DNA from: an uncultured archaeon
GTDB taxonomy: Archaea > Iainarchaeota > Iainarchaeia > Iainarchaeales > GCA-2688035
NCBI GenBank assembly: GCA_964354805.1
Contig: CAYHBD010000008.1
Coordinates: 1 to 64,000 of the forward strand
Reading direction: 5' to 3'
DNA: 64,000 bases
The notes under the pieces were generated by a model. The model searched no databases, was not told the origin of the DNA, and was given only the letters and a program-made list of their open reading frames with translations. The position numbers and the translations under genes were made by a program. Of this stretch, positions 38,883 through 48,150 are shown piece by piece (position 1 is the stretch's first letter; every line of letters starts with the position of its first letter).

Positions 38883-39497
38883 CTAATTAGGCATTATGCC
38901 CTTGATTAATTGCCTTGCTTGCTTTCTTGTTGCGTGCAGGCTGCCGCTGTTATCAATTACGTAATGAGCTCTTTTAATCTTTTTCCCAAGGGTTTTTTTG
39001 CGGAAGCAAAAAAAGGCTTTTTTAATCTTTTTCCTATGGGGGATTTGGGCAGCATAGCGCAACAAAAATTCCTTTTTGCTTACGCCTTTTTTTAGCGCCC
39101 TTTGCATGCACTGGCGCTTGCCTGCTTTAACAACAATTACTGCGTCAAAGCGGTTCTGCCATCCTGCTTCAAACAAGAGGGGCACGTCAACAATAACAAA
39201 ATTTTCCTTTTTTTTCTTGAGTTTTTTAATGCCCTTTTCAATCTCTTTCCATACGAGCGGGTGCAGAATCCGTTCCAGCTTTTTTCTTTTTCTGGGGGAA
39301 GGGAAAACAATTGCGGAAATTTTGCTTTTATTGAATGTGCCGAATCCCTCCAACAATTTTTTCCGGACAGCTTTGCGCTTATGCAATTCGCTGACTATTG
39401 CATCGCACCCAATTCCCGCAATGCCCTGCTGCCTGAAGAGGCGCAGAACAGTGCTTTTGCCGCTGCAGATTGAGCCTGTTAAAGCAATCAAGCGCAT
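38883..39497 (-). CDS. coaE: Dephospho-CoA kinase (bacterial type) with 16-aa repeat-derived insertion
   Basis: IALTGSICSGKST, LERILHP, VDVPLLFEAG, VIDNSG. Confidence 0.93.
   Translation of the reverse strand: MRLIALTGSICSGKSTVLRLFRQQGIAGIGCDAIVSELHKRKAVRKKLLEGFGTFNKSKISAIVFPSPRKRKKLERILHPLVWKEIEKGIKKLKKKKENFVIVDVPLLFEAGWQNRFDAVIVVKAGKRQCMQRALKKGVSKKEFLLRYAAQIPHRKKIKKAFFCFRKKTLGKKIKRAHYVIDNSGSLHATRKQARQLIKGIMPN
38980..39020. repeat. REP-like hairpin unit, in-frame in coaE
   Basis: TTTTTCCCAAGGGTTTTTTTGCGGAAGCAAAAAAAGGCTTT flanked by 19-bp near-direct repeats. Confidence 0.85.
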
Positions 39498-39514
39498 GGT
39501 AATGGAAATGCATG

Positions 39515-39598
39515 GAAAGGAATTTAAGGAAAAAGGGAAACATCGGACAGCGAAAAGCAGGAAAAATTGGCTGAAAGGAATTTAAGGAAAAAGGGAAA
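39515..39598 (-). promoter_or_regulatory. Duplicated putative coaE promoter
   Basis: Perfect 26-bp repeat GAAAGGAATTTAAGGAAAAAGGGAAA at 39515-39540 and 39573-39598; minus-strand CTTAAAT ~24 nt before coaE ATG. Confidence 0.5.
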
Positions 39599-39736
39599 GC
39601 AGGAAGAGCGAAATAATTTTTGGAAAGCATTGCTGATTTGCTCTCAGCCGAGCGCAGAGAGCTGCAGCCAAAGGGATTTAAACTTAATTAAGTATTATAT
39701 CTACTGAAAACGCTCTGATGGCAAGGGACGATTTGA

Positions 39737-40933
39737 TTGAGAATTGTTTTTGTAACTAGCTGGGCTCCGAGGCACTGCGGCATCGCAACTTATACTGCCG
39801 AGCTTGCCAGGGCTTTGAGGGAGCATGGGCACGAAGTCCATATTGTCACTTTTTCTGACGGCGGCAAAAAAGGCGAGAAATTCGTCCACCCGGTTTTAAA
39901 GGTCAACAAGCGGACCAGGCAACTGATTGACCCTTGCTGGGACGAAAAATTATACAATGCAATTAACAAAATCAAGCCTGATGTAGTGCACTTGCAGCAC
40001 GAGTATGGCTTGTATAGATCAGATGACGATTTCAGTTCCGGCTTGTTCAGGCCGTTCTTCAGGTGGAGGGTTGAAGCTGCTTTCCCTGTTGTTGCAACAT
40101 TCCACAGCGTTTACACTGCTTTGGACAGGATGGAAAGCTGTTACATGGATGTTGCATTAAAGCTGATTGACGCAGGAGTTGTTCACGAGGAATACCAGAA
40201 GATTTATTTGCCTGAAAACATTGGAAGAGTTGCACCGAATGTTTACGTTATACCGCACGGGGCAAAAGACATAAAGCCGTACAAGAACGCAAAAGAAGAG
40301 CTTGGGTTAATGGGAAAAAAGGTTGTTGGATTGATCGGATGGTGGGAGCCGAACAAGGGCTTTGAAAGGGTTGTAAAAATCTGGCCTCAAATCAAGAAGC
40401 AGCTTGGAAAAAGGGCAGTTCTGGTTATAGCTGGGGATGCAAGGCCAGGAAGCAAAAGCGGGCAAATGTACAAGCCAAAATTAGTGCAGGCAATCAAGAG
40501 AAGCAGCGCGGCAAGCAGCATCAAATTGATTGTTGGCGCTTTCCCGCCACAGGAATATGACAAAATTCTTTCATCATTTGATTTAATGGTTTTGCCTTAC
40601 AGCAGGGCATCGCAAAGCGGAAACCTTGCGCATTCGTTTGCATTGGGCGTTCCATGCATTGCAACGGCAATGGAAGGGCTTAAAGCAGAGATTGAGAACA
40701 GCAAGGGCGGGGTAACAGTGCCGCCTGATGATGACGTGGAATTAATGCACGCAATAGCCCACGTAATGAAACATGACGAGCTAAGGAAAAGGTATGCGGA
40801 AAATGCCGCAAAGCATGTAACAAAAGAGATAAAGTGGAGCATTGTTGCAAGAAAACACACGGCATTGTATGAGAAATTGATTGCGGATTTGGCTGAGGAA
40901 TGCAAGCCAAAAAAGAAAGAGTATTTGCTGTGA
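39737..40933 (+). CDS. Glycosyltransferase family 4
   Basis: PRHCGIATYT, HLQHEYG, VIPHG, LPY...QSG. Confidence 0.9.
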   Translation: MRIVFVTSWAPRHCGIATYTAELARALREHGHEVHIVTFSDGGKKGEKFVHPVLKVNKRTRQLIDPCWDEKLYNAINKIKPDVVHLQHEYGLYRSDDDFSSGLFRPFFRWRVEAAFPVVATFHSVYTALDRMESCYMDVALKLIDAGVVHEEYQKIYLPENIGRVAPNVYVIPHGAKDIKPYKNAKEELGLMGKKVVGLIGWWEPNKGFERVVKIWPQIKKQLGKRAVLVIAGDARPGSKSGQMYKPKLVQAIKRSSAASSIKLIVGAFPPQEYDKILSSFDLMVLPYSRASQSGNLAHSFALGVPCIATAMEGLKAEIENSKGGVTVPPDDDVELMHAIAHVMKHDELRKRYAENAAKHVTKEIKWSIVARKHTALYEKLIADLAEECKPKKKEYLL

Positions 40934-41113
40934 GAATTATAAATTATTTTTATAATGTGGGTTGGAGAAATTACGGCAATGCATTTGCTGCAAAAAAAAG
41001 CACATTAATTCAAATGTGCGGGAAAACGAGCATTTGCTGTAAAAGCGGGGTTTGCAACCGCATAGTATTCGTGGTTTGCAATTTAAGGGGATTTGCTAAA
41101 AGAGGGGCATTTT

Positions 41114-42328
41114 ATGCGAAAAAATGATTGGGTTCATTTTCTGGGTTCCTTTCCGCCGAGGGAGTGCGGGATTGCAACATTTACAAAAGACCTTGTCACG
41201 GCAATTGACCAATGCAAAAACCCTGGTGTTGAATGCAGGATTGCTGCAATGAACGACAACCTTTACTCAACATACAATTACCCAAAGCAGGTAAACATCC
41301 AGATCCACGAAGACGACCAGGAATCCTATTTAAGGGCGGCTGACAAGCTGAACAAAAGCAGGAAAACGCAGCTTGTATGCATCCAGCACGAATTCGGCCT
41401 GTTCGGCGGCAGCTTCGGCGAATACCTGATTCCGTTCCTTGAGGAATTGCAGAAACCAATTGTTACAACTTTCCACAGCGTTCTGCCGGGCGTGCCGAAA
41501 ATTGAAAGGCACAGGAAATATGTCGTGAAAAAAATCTGCCAGAACAGCGAAAAGGTTGTTGTAATAAGCGGTTTCGGAAAAGACATCCTGATGCAAAAAT
41601 ACGGCATACCGGAAGAAAAAATTGCGGTCATTCCGCACGGCGTTCCCTCTATTCCATTCAGGCAGGAGGAGAAAGCGAAAAAGGAGCTTGGCTTTGAGGG
41701 AAGAAAAATTTTAAGCACTTTTGGCTTGATGAGCAAAAGAAAAGGAATCCACTATGTTATCAAGGCATTGCCAAAAATAATAGAACAAAACCCGGCGGCA
41801 TTGTATCTGGTTATTGGGGAAACACACCCGCAGGTTAGAAAGCACGAGGGGGAAAAATACAGGAACTACTTAAAAAAAATTGTTGGAAAGCTGAACCTGA
41901 AAAACCACGTAATGTTTGAAAACAGATACTTAACGCTGCAGGAAATATGCAAATACATCCAAGCAACAGACGTATACATAACTCCGTATTATGACCCTTA
42001 CCAGATAAGCAGCGGAACACTGGCTTACGCTGTTGCTTCCGGGACTGCGTGCGTTTCCACTCCGTATTTGTATGCGAAGGATGTTTTGAGGCATGGGAGG
42101 GGCATTCTTGTCCCATTCCAGAGCAGCAGGGCAATTGTCAATTCTGTAAACAGGGTTTTGAGCGACAGGCAATTCAGGCTGTCGATTGAAAGGAAGGCGT
42201 TCAATTACACGCAGGGCTGGCAGTGGCCCAACATTGCTGAAAGCTATCTGCAATTGTTTGAGGAAATATTGGGAGGCAATAAATTAAGGGCAGCACAAGC
42301 GCAAAAAAACTCGGTTGCAATTGCATAG
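41114..42328 (+). CDS. Glycosyltransferase family 4 (paralog of upstream gene)
   Basis: PPRECGIATFT, IQHEFGLFGG, VIPHG, TPY...QISSGTLAYA. Confidence 0.92.
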   Translation: MRKNDWVHFLGSFPPRECGIATFTKDLVTAIDQCKNPGVECRIAAMNDNLYSTYNYPKQVNIQIHEDDQESYLRAADKLNKSRKTQLVCIQHEFGLFGGSFGEYLIPFLEELQKPIVTTFHSVLPGVPKIERHRKYVVKKICQNSEKVVVISGFGKDILMQKYGIPEEKIAVIPHGVPSIPFRQEEKAKKELGFEGRKILSTFGLMSKRKGIHYVIKALPKIIEQNPAALYLVIGETHPQVRKHEGEKYRNYLKKIVGKLNLKNHVMFENRYLTLQEICKYIQATDVYITPYYDPYQISSGTLAYAVASGTACVSTPYLYAKDVLRHGRGILVPFQSSRAIVNSVNRVLSDRQFRLSIERKAFNYTQGWQWPNIAESYLQLFEEILGGNKLRAAQAQKNSVAIA

Positions 42329-42399
42329 CAATTGCCCATTTTCCCACGCAATGCCAAGCTAAAGAATATTTGTTTTTTGTTTCATTGCTTGGCATTGCG

Positions 42400-42435
42400 C
42401 CAAGGCTTTTTATGCTGAAAGCATAAAAAGGCTTT
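42400..42435. repeat. REP-like hairpin unit, intergenic
   Basis: CCAAGGCTTTTTATGC TGAAA GCATAAAAAGGCTTT. Confidence 0.8.
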
Positions 42436-42537
42436 GCGGCTGTTTGAAGAAATTCCGGAAAAGGGCGGCTAATTGCCCTAATTAGTTCTTGTTTGAAGAG
42501 ATTTGTGGTATTTTTGCGGCTACTGCTCTGCGGGTTA

Positions 42538-42590
42538 GTTTTGCAGAAGCAAAACCCTTTTCACAAGGCTTTTGCGAAGCAAAAAGGCTT
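42538..42590. repeat. REP-like spacer hairpin + unit, intergenic
   Basis: GTTTTGCAGAAGCAAAAC then TTTTCACAAGGCTTTTGCGAAGCAAAAAGGCTT. Confidence 0.8.
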
Positions 42591-42634
42591 AGTTTTTTAA
42601 ACAAGTTAACTGTTTATATTTTGAGGTTTGCTGA

Positions 42635-43333
42635 ATGCCGGATCCAGAGAGAACAAAAACAGGGGTGCCTGGCCTTGACGATATTTTGTATGGGGGCATT
42701 CCGCGGAACAACCTGGTTGTAATAAGCGGGGATCCCGGCAGCGGGAAAACCTGCCTGTGCCTGGAGTTTCTATACTACGGTGCAGTGAAATACGGCGAAT
42801 CTGGCGTGTATGTTTCATTGGAGGAAAGCGAGGAGGAAATAATTGGCTTTGCTGAATTGTTCGGCTGGGATGTCAAAGGCTTGATTGAGCAAAAGCTGTT
42901 GAGCATTGTTACAGTTGAATTGTACGATTTCGACAAATTGAAGAACACTGTTGAAGACGAAATTGCAAGGCTTCAGGCAAAGCGCTTGGTGATTGACCCA
43001 GGCGTTGTTTTTAGATTATATTTTGACAGGGAGCTTGATGCAAGGAAAAGGATTCTTTCGCTCGGGAGAATGCTTAAGAGGATTGGCTGCACTGCGGTAA
43101 TCACAAATGAAATAAGCCTGGAGAAAGCTAGTTCCTTGTTTGGATTGGAGGAATACGTTGCCGATGGGGTAATATTGCTTTACCACACGAAACTTGAGGA
43201 CAGGTTTATCAGGTCGATTGGAATCCTGAAAATGAGGGGCACTAAAATAAGCGAAAGGCTGCACCCGATCAGGATAACCAAGGACGGGATAAAGATTCTG
43301 TCCAAACAGGAACTGTTTGAAGAAGTGAAATAA
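42635..43333 (+). CDS. KaiC/RAD55-like RecA-superfamily ATPase (single domain)
   Basis: TGVPGLD, GDPGSGKT Walker A, YVSLEE, EYVADGVI, KMRGT. Confidence 0.92.
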   Translation: MPDPERTKTGVPGLDDILYGGIPRNNLVVISGDPGSGKTCLCLEFLYYGAVKYGESGVYVSLEESEEEIIGFAELFGWDVKGLIEQKLLSIVTVELYDFDKLKNTVEDEIARLQAKRLVIDPGVVFRLYFDRELDARKRILSLGRMLKRIGCTAVITNEISLEKASSLFGLEEYVADGVILLYHTKLEDRFIRSIGILKMRGTKISERLHPIRITKDGIKILSKQELFEEVK

Positions 43334-43471
43334 CTGGGAAGGAAAAAATGGACTGTAAAAAACAGGGGTCGTTTGAAGAAGTGAAGTGAAAGCATGGCGA
43401 AATTGGAGTGTTTTAAAAAACGGGGATTTTTGAGGAAGTAAAGTAATTGCATTACAAGCGGCTGATGGATA

Positions 43472-44164
43472 ATGGCTGAAATGAAAAAAGATTGGGGGCA
43501 GCGGAAAAGCCCTGCAGCGGAAATAGGGGGAATGAAAAAAGCAGGGCAAGAGAGCAGCAAAAGCAAGTCTGATGAAATAGATGAATTAATGCGCTTCCTG
43601 CAGCCCGGCAGGGAGGTTGGCTTGGCGATTCTCAGGGCTTTGGAGGAATTTCCTGAAAAATACGTTGTTTTAATGGTCGCAAACAGAAAAAAGTATCCCG
43701 TGCTCGCGGAGCAGTTAATCAAATACTTTGTCGGAAAAAAAGCTGAAGGCATTTTCATTACAACAAACAAGCCCGCAGTTGACCTTGTTGAAGGGCTGAG
43801 AAAAGAAAAAGTTGATTTGGGCAAGGTGAACTTAATTGACACAGTCAGCAAAAGAAGCGGAGAAGGGGAAGTTGACGCCCACAACATAATTTACATTGAT
43901 TCTCCGGAAAACCTAACCGAACTGGATTCTGCAATCAACGACTGCATTGAAAAAGTGCAGGGCAAAAACAGGTTTTTTGTCTTGGACAGCATGTCAACAT
44001 TGCTTGTATACAACACCGAAAGGACAGTGGAAAAATTCATGCACAGCCTGAGCGGAAAAGCAAGGGCAAAGCAATTCAAAACAGTTTTCACGCTTGCAAG
44101 CGAAACAAGGCAGGAAACCCTGAACATCCTCTCGCAATTCTGCGACAAGGTAATAGAAATTTAA
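43472..44164 (+). CDS. Degenerate KaiC-like/RecA-fold protein (no Walker A)
   Basis: IFITTNKP, LIDTVS, SPENLTEL, FVLDSMSTLLVYN, QFCDKVIEI. Confidence 0.7.
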   Translation: MAEMKKDWGQRKSPAAEIGGMKKAGQESSKSKSDEIDELMRFLQPGREVGLAILRALEEFPEKYVVLMVANRKKYPVLAEQLIKYFVGKKAEGIFITTNKPAVDLVEGLRKEKVDLGKVNLIDTVSKRSGEGEVDAHNIIYIDSPENLTELDSAINDCIEKVQGKNRFFVLDSMSTLLVYNTERTVEKFMHSLSGKARAKQFKTVFTLASETRQETLNILSQFCDKVIEI

Positions 44165-44219
44165 CAGCCGGCGCCAATGCCAACAACAGGCAACTTATTG
44201 AAATCCCGCAGCAAGTACC

Positions 44220-45509
44220 TCAAATTGACAAAAGAACTTTTTTTCCTGTTGCATCAGCAAGAACAGCCTGCAGTCGCTGCTGCAATGCAATCTGCTGCTG
44301 CTGCATATTTTTCAGCTGAGCCTTTTTCTCATGCAACTGCCCTTGCATTTGCTCTGCATCTTTCTTTGATTGGTTCAATTCATTCAGCATGTTTCTCTCT
44401 TTCTGCTCCGCAGGCAGCTGCTGCAATTTTTTTTCAATAGCAGCAAGCTGGGCATCCAGCTGGTTAAAGCGCCAAAAAACCCTGTCAAAAAAATTGAATG
44501 CAATCAGCTCGTGCAATGCAGCCAGGCGCTTTTCCCTTTCTTTATCCTTCAACTCAATCGTGCCCTGCTCAATTGCCTTTTCAGCCTCCGCCAGCAACTG
44601 CTTTAATTTAATCGCCTTGGGGTCGGCCCTCAATGCATCAAAAGGGTTTGTCAAAATCTCGCGCAGAAAAACAGACAACTCTCTCTCAAGCGAAAGCTTC
44701 CCTGCACTAACTGCCTTCTGCATCCTGTGCAACGGCCTTTCAACCTTGCTGAACAAATCAATTGTTTCGGTTTTCGCGCCCTGCTTTGAACGCAGCAATT
44801 CAGCTTTTTCGCCGTTCAAAGCATTAATCTGCGCGAATTCATCACTCTGCTGCAGGCGCTGCAATGCCTGCTGCTGCCCAGCAATTTCCTGCTCCAGCCC
44901 GGCAATGCTGTTCTGCAATTCCTCAATCTCCTTCCGTGTTTTCTCAATGGCATCGGCTTTAGCCACCAAATCCTTTACAGCGGTGCTTACACTCTGCTGC
45001 AGAAAAACAGAGTTTGCACCTGAAAAATCGGTTTGCAGGCCGGAAAAGCACTCGCTTAGCTGCCTGAAAGTGTCGCCAAGGTTTTTTACCTGCTGCTTAA
45101 AAGAAATCGAGGTATAAGCAATGTTTTTTCCAAACAGGCCTATTTCCCTCTGCAACAATGCACTTGCATCAATGCAGTACTGCCTTACAACAGCAGGCTC
45201 GCTTGCTGCAGGAGGCTGCAGTTTCTCAACCAAAGCCGCAAGCTGCCTCTCCGCATTGCTCTTTGCAGTGCTCACAATCTGCTGCAAGCGCTTGTTATCG
45301 CTCTGGGCATCGGCTTTGCGCAGTTCTCCAAGCAATGACTGCAATTGCCTGAGCAGATGCTTTATTTCAGCCAGCTTGCCTGCAACAGCCAAATCCAATT
45401 GCCTGCTCTGCCCTGCAACGCTGTCCGAAAAAAATTGCTGAACCAGGTCCAAACGCAGCTCAATTGGCTTCTCTTCCTTCTTTCCAAAAATTTTATCAAA
45501 AACGCCCAT
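44220..45509 (-). CDS. Coiled-coil hypothetical protein
   Basis: Start MGVFDKIFGKK at 45509; Q/E/L-rich heptads. Confidence 0.75.
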   Translation of the reverse strand: MGVFDKIFGKKEEKPIELRLDLVQQFFSDSVAGQSRQLDLAVAGKLAEIKHLLRQLQSLLGELRKADAQSDNKRLQQIVSTAKSNAERQLAALVEKLQPPAASEPAVVRQYCIDASALLQREIGLFGKNIAYTSISFKQQVKNLGDTFRQLSECFSGLQTDFSGANSVFLQQSVSTAVKDLVAKADAIEKTRKEIEELQNSIAGLEQEIAGQQQALQRLQQSDEFAQINALNGEKAELLRSKQGAKTETIDLFSKVERPLHRMQKAVSAGKLSLERELSVFLREILTNPFDALRADPKAIKLKQLLAEAEKAIEQGTIELKDKEREKRLAALHELIAFNFFDRVFWRFNQLDAQLAAIEKKLQQLPAEQKERNMLNELNQSKKDAEQMQGQLHEKKAQLKNMQQQQIALQQRLQAVLADATGKKVLLSI

Positions 45510-45584
45510 GGCAAATAAATTACTCAAAAAAAGGGAATTTAAAGGAATAGCAATCTTGCCGGAAAAACAAAAAAGCGAAAGTGA

Positions 45585-45640
45585 AAAAAAGCCTCCTTGC
45601 AAAACCAAAGGTTTTGCGAGGCATCGTAAAGCTTCGCTTT
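45585..45640. repeat. Hairpin pair, reverse-complement copy of 3870-3930
   Basis: AAAAAAGCCTCCTTGCAAAACCAAAGGTTTTGCGAGG vs reverse complement of 3894-3930 (1 mismatch); AAAGCTTCGCTTT. Confidence 0.8.
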
Positions 45641-45715
45641 ACAATGTTGGAAAAAACCAGCGGAACCCCGCTCTATGGAAAGCTGTTTAAATAATGCAGG
45701 ACAAATCTAATTAAC

Positions 45716-46384
45716 ATGGCAGAATTGTTTGACTTCAACGAAATGGTGACAAGGCACATTGAAAGGGAAAACAGGCCGAAGAGCATTGGAAAATATTATC
45801 CGAGCGAAATAGGCGGCTGCATGCGAAAGGTGTGGTACAGCTACAAGTATCCGCAGCAGGTGCAGCCTGAGCTGCTGAAAATTTTTGAAGTGGGCAACAT
45901 GCTGCACGGCTTTGTTGTTGAAGTGCTGCAAAGCGAAAAAAACCCGGAAGTGCAGCTGTTGCAAAGCGAGTTCCCGCTGAAAATAACCCAGCCTGAATTC
46001 ACCATAAGCGGCAGGGTTGATGACCTGCTGCTGGTAAAGGCAAGCGGAAAAACAATTGTGGTGGAAGTGAAGTCAACAAAAAGCATTGAATTCGTAAAGG
46101 AAGCAAACGAAAGCCACGTAATGCAGCTGCAGCTATACATGCACGCAACAGGAACACACAACGGCATAATACTGTACATTGACAAGGGAAACCTGCAAAG
46201 CAAACAATTTGAAATAGATTACAGCCGGGAAGAGATTGAAAAAATACTGCAGCGCTTCGGGCAGCTGCACCACCTGCTCAAATCAAGCCTGCTGCCGCTG
46301 GCTGAAGCAAAAAAAAGCGAAGACAAGCAATGGATGTGCAGATACTGCGAATACACTGAAAAATGCGAAAGGAACGAGGAATAA
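45716..46384 (+). CDS. Solo Cas4-like PD-(D/E)xK nuclease with four Fe-S Cys
   Basis: GCMRK, G..H, SGRVD, VEVKS, QLQLY, CRYCEYTEKC; no CRISPR array or other cas genes in window. Confidence 0.88.
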   Translation: MAELFDFNEMVTRHIERENRPKSIGKYYPSEIGGCMRKVWYSYKYPQQVQPELLKIFEVGNMLHGFVVEVLQSEKNPEVQLLQSEFPLKITQPEFTISGRVDDLLLVKASGKTIVVEVKSTKSIEFVKEANESHVMQLQLYMHATGTHNGIILYIDKGNLQSKQFEIDYSREEIEKILQRFGQLHHLLKSSLLPLAEAKKSEDKQWMCRYCEYTEKCERNEE

Positions 46385-46460
46385 AATCAGTTTTGTATAA
46401 GTCTTACTTTCTTATTTTCAGAAAAGTTTATAATATGTTTGAAGCAGTATTTATATTGAG

Positions 46461-46748
46461 GTGATTATTTTGGCTGAAGTGGAATTAACAAAAATGAGTT
46501 CAAGGGGCCAGATAGTTATCCCCTTAGAGATACGGGAAGAGATGCACTTGAGAGAAGGGACTGCTTTTGCTGTTACTGGAAAGGGAGATACCTTGCTGCT
46601 AAAAATGGTAAAAACACCTTCAAAAGAAGAGATACTGGCGGGATGGGAAAGGATTACTGCAAAAGCAAGAGAGCAGGCGAAAAAACACGGGATAAAACAA
46701 AGCGATGTTGAGAAAATAATCCACGGGGCAAGGGGCATCAAAGGATGA
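46461..46748 (+). CDS. AbrB/MazE-family antitoxin
   Basis: TKMSSRGQIVIPLEIRE..HL.EG. Confidence 0.9.
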   Translation: MIILAEVELTKMSSRGQIVIPLEIREEMHLREGTAFAVTGKGDTLLLKMVKTPSKEEILAGWERITAKAREQAKKHGIKQSDVEKIIHGARGIKG

Positions 46749-47167
46749 TAAAAATCGTTCTCGACACCAATGTACTGATATCAGCAACGTTCTGGAGAGG
46801 CCCCTCCAATGAAATAACGTTATTGGCTTCAAAGCAAAAGATAAGCTGCTTTACCTCAATTGAAATAATAGAAGAGTACGCGAGAATACTGAAAAGAGAC
46901 TTCAAACAGGAAGACAATGAAATAGAAGAAAAAGTAAACGCAATTCTCTTGTTCTCACAAATCGTGAAGCCAATTATAAGAATAAATGCCGTCAAAGATG
47001 ACCCCGCAGACAACAAGATATTGGAGGCAGCATTGGCTGCCAACGCAGACTACATTGTGAGCGGTGACAGGCATTTAATCAAACTTGAAGAATTTAAAGA
47101 AACAAAAATACTGAAGGCAAAACAGTTCCTAGAACAACTGGGAAAAAGAGGGAGAAACGAAGCATAA
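46745..47167 (+). CDS. PIN-domain (VapC-like) toxin
   Basis: IVLDTNVLIS, DPADNKILEAA, IVSGDRHL; overlaps antitoxin (ATGA). Confidence 0.92.
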   Translation: MIKIVLDTNVLISATFWRGPSNEITLLASKQKISCFTSIEIIEEYARILKRDFKQEDNEIEEKVNAILLFSQIVKPIIRINAVKDDPADNKILEAALAANADYIVSGDRHLIKLEEFKETKILKAKQFLEQLGKRGRNEA

Positions 47168-47318
47168 AGCCGGCCAACGCAGGAAAAAGAGTTTGTCCTA
47201 AGGAAAAAATCTTTGAAAAGACGAGTTGCGCAGTTTATTTGGCTTTGCCCTTGGCTGCCGGAAAGGATTCCAAAAAAGGGTTTTGTATTTTATTAAGTTT
47301 GCTGGTTAGTTGATTGCT

Positions 47319-47918
47319 ATGGAGTTTGAATTCGGGCGCAACAAAATTGTTTTTGAAAAAGAGTTTTCAAGCCTTGACAAATTAGTGCTGCGTTTTGTAA
47401 AAATTCTTGACGCGCTTGAAGTGGATTATGTAATAATTTCCGGCTACATTGCGATTTTGTTCGGCAGGAGCAGGAACACGGAGGATGTTGACCTGTTCAT
47501 TGAAGAAATGGCGTTTGAAAAATTTCTGCGCTTTTGGAATGAACTGGAAAAACAAGGGTTCGAATGCCTGAACACTTCAAGCGCAAAAGAGGCGTTTGAA
47601 GATTATTTGAACGAGAAGCTGGCGGTCAGGTTTGCTGAGAAGGGAATGGTTCAGCCAAACTTTGAGGTAAAATTCCCGAAAACAGATTTGAACCAATATT
47701 CCCTCAAAAACAAAATAATTGTCGAAATAGGCAAGGAAAAGCTCAACACCTCAAAAATGGAATTGCAGATAGCATTCAAGCTGTATTTGGGCTCCGGCAA
47801 GGACATTGAGGATGCGATTCACTTGTGGGAAATGTTTAAAGGCAGGTTGAACATGGAATTATTCAATGGCTTTGTGAAACGGCTCGGAGTTGAAAGAAAG
47901 GTTAAATTACTGGAGTGA
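47319..47918 (+). CDS. Nucleotidyltransferase-fold protein (AbiEii/MNT-like)
   Basis: YVIISG...GRSRNTEDVD; K...G..KD..D C-terminal motif. Confidence 0.7.
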   Translation: MEFEFGRNKIVFEKEFSSLDKLVLRFVKILDALEVDYVIISGYIAILFGRSRNTEDVDLFIEEMAFEKFLRFWNELEKQGFECLNTSSAKEAFEDYLNEKLAVRFAEKGMVQPNFEVKFPKTDLNQYSLKNKIIVEIGKEKLNTSKMELQIAFKLYLGSGKDIEDAIHLWEMFKGRLNMELFNGFVKRLGVERKVKLLE

Positions 47919-47922
47919 AATT

Positions 47923-48078
47923 ATGGAAAAGCTTCCAAAAATCGATTTGAAAGAATTGAAAAAAGAAATGGAGCTCAACAAGCAGCAGAGGCTCGAATTT
48001 GTAAGGCAATATGCTGAATGGCTGAAAAAAACCCCGAACAAAGTGTGGAGCAAACAGCAGGCAAAATACTTAAAATAA
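47923..48078 (+). CDS. Small basic helical protein, probable partner of upstream NTase
   Basis: 51 aa from ATG 47923 after GGAGTGA Shine-Dalgarno-like site. Confidence 0.6.
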   Translation: MEKLPKIDLKELKKEMELNKQQRLEFVRQYAEWLKKTPNKVWSKQQAKYLK

Positions 48079-48150
48079 AAGCAGTGCAACACCCCTAAGC
48101 CCTGTGAAAAACCAATATTCTTATATATCTTTTTGTTATATATTTGATAG

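Noticed and set aside
45716-46384. CRISPR-Cas locus
   Set aside because: Only a solo Cas4-like gene; no cas1/cas2 and no repeat-spacer array seen
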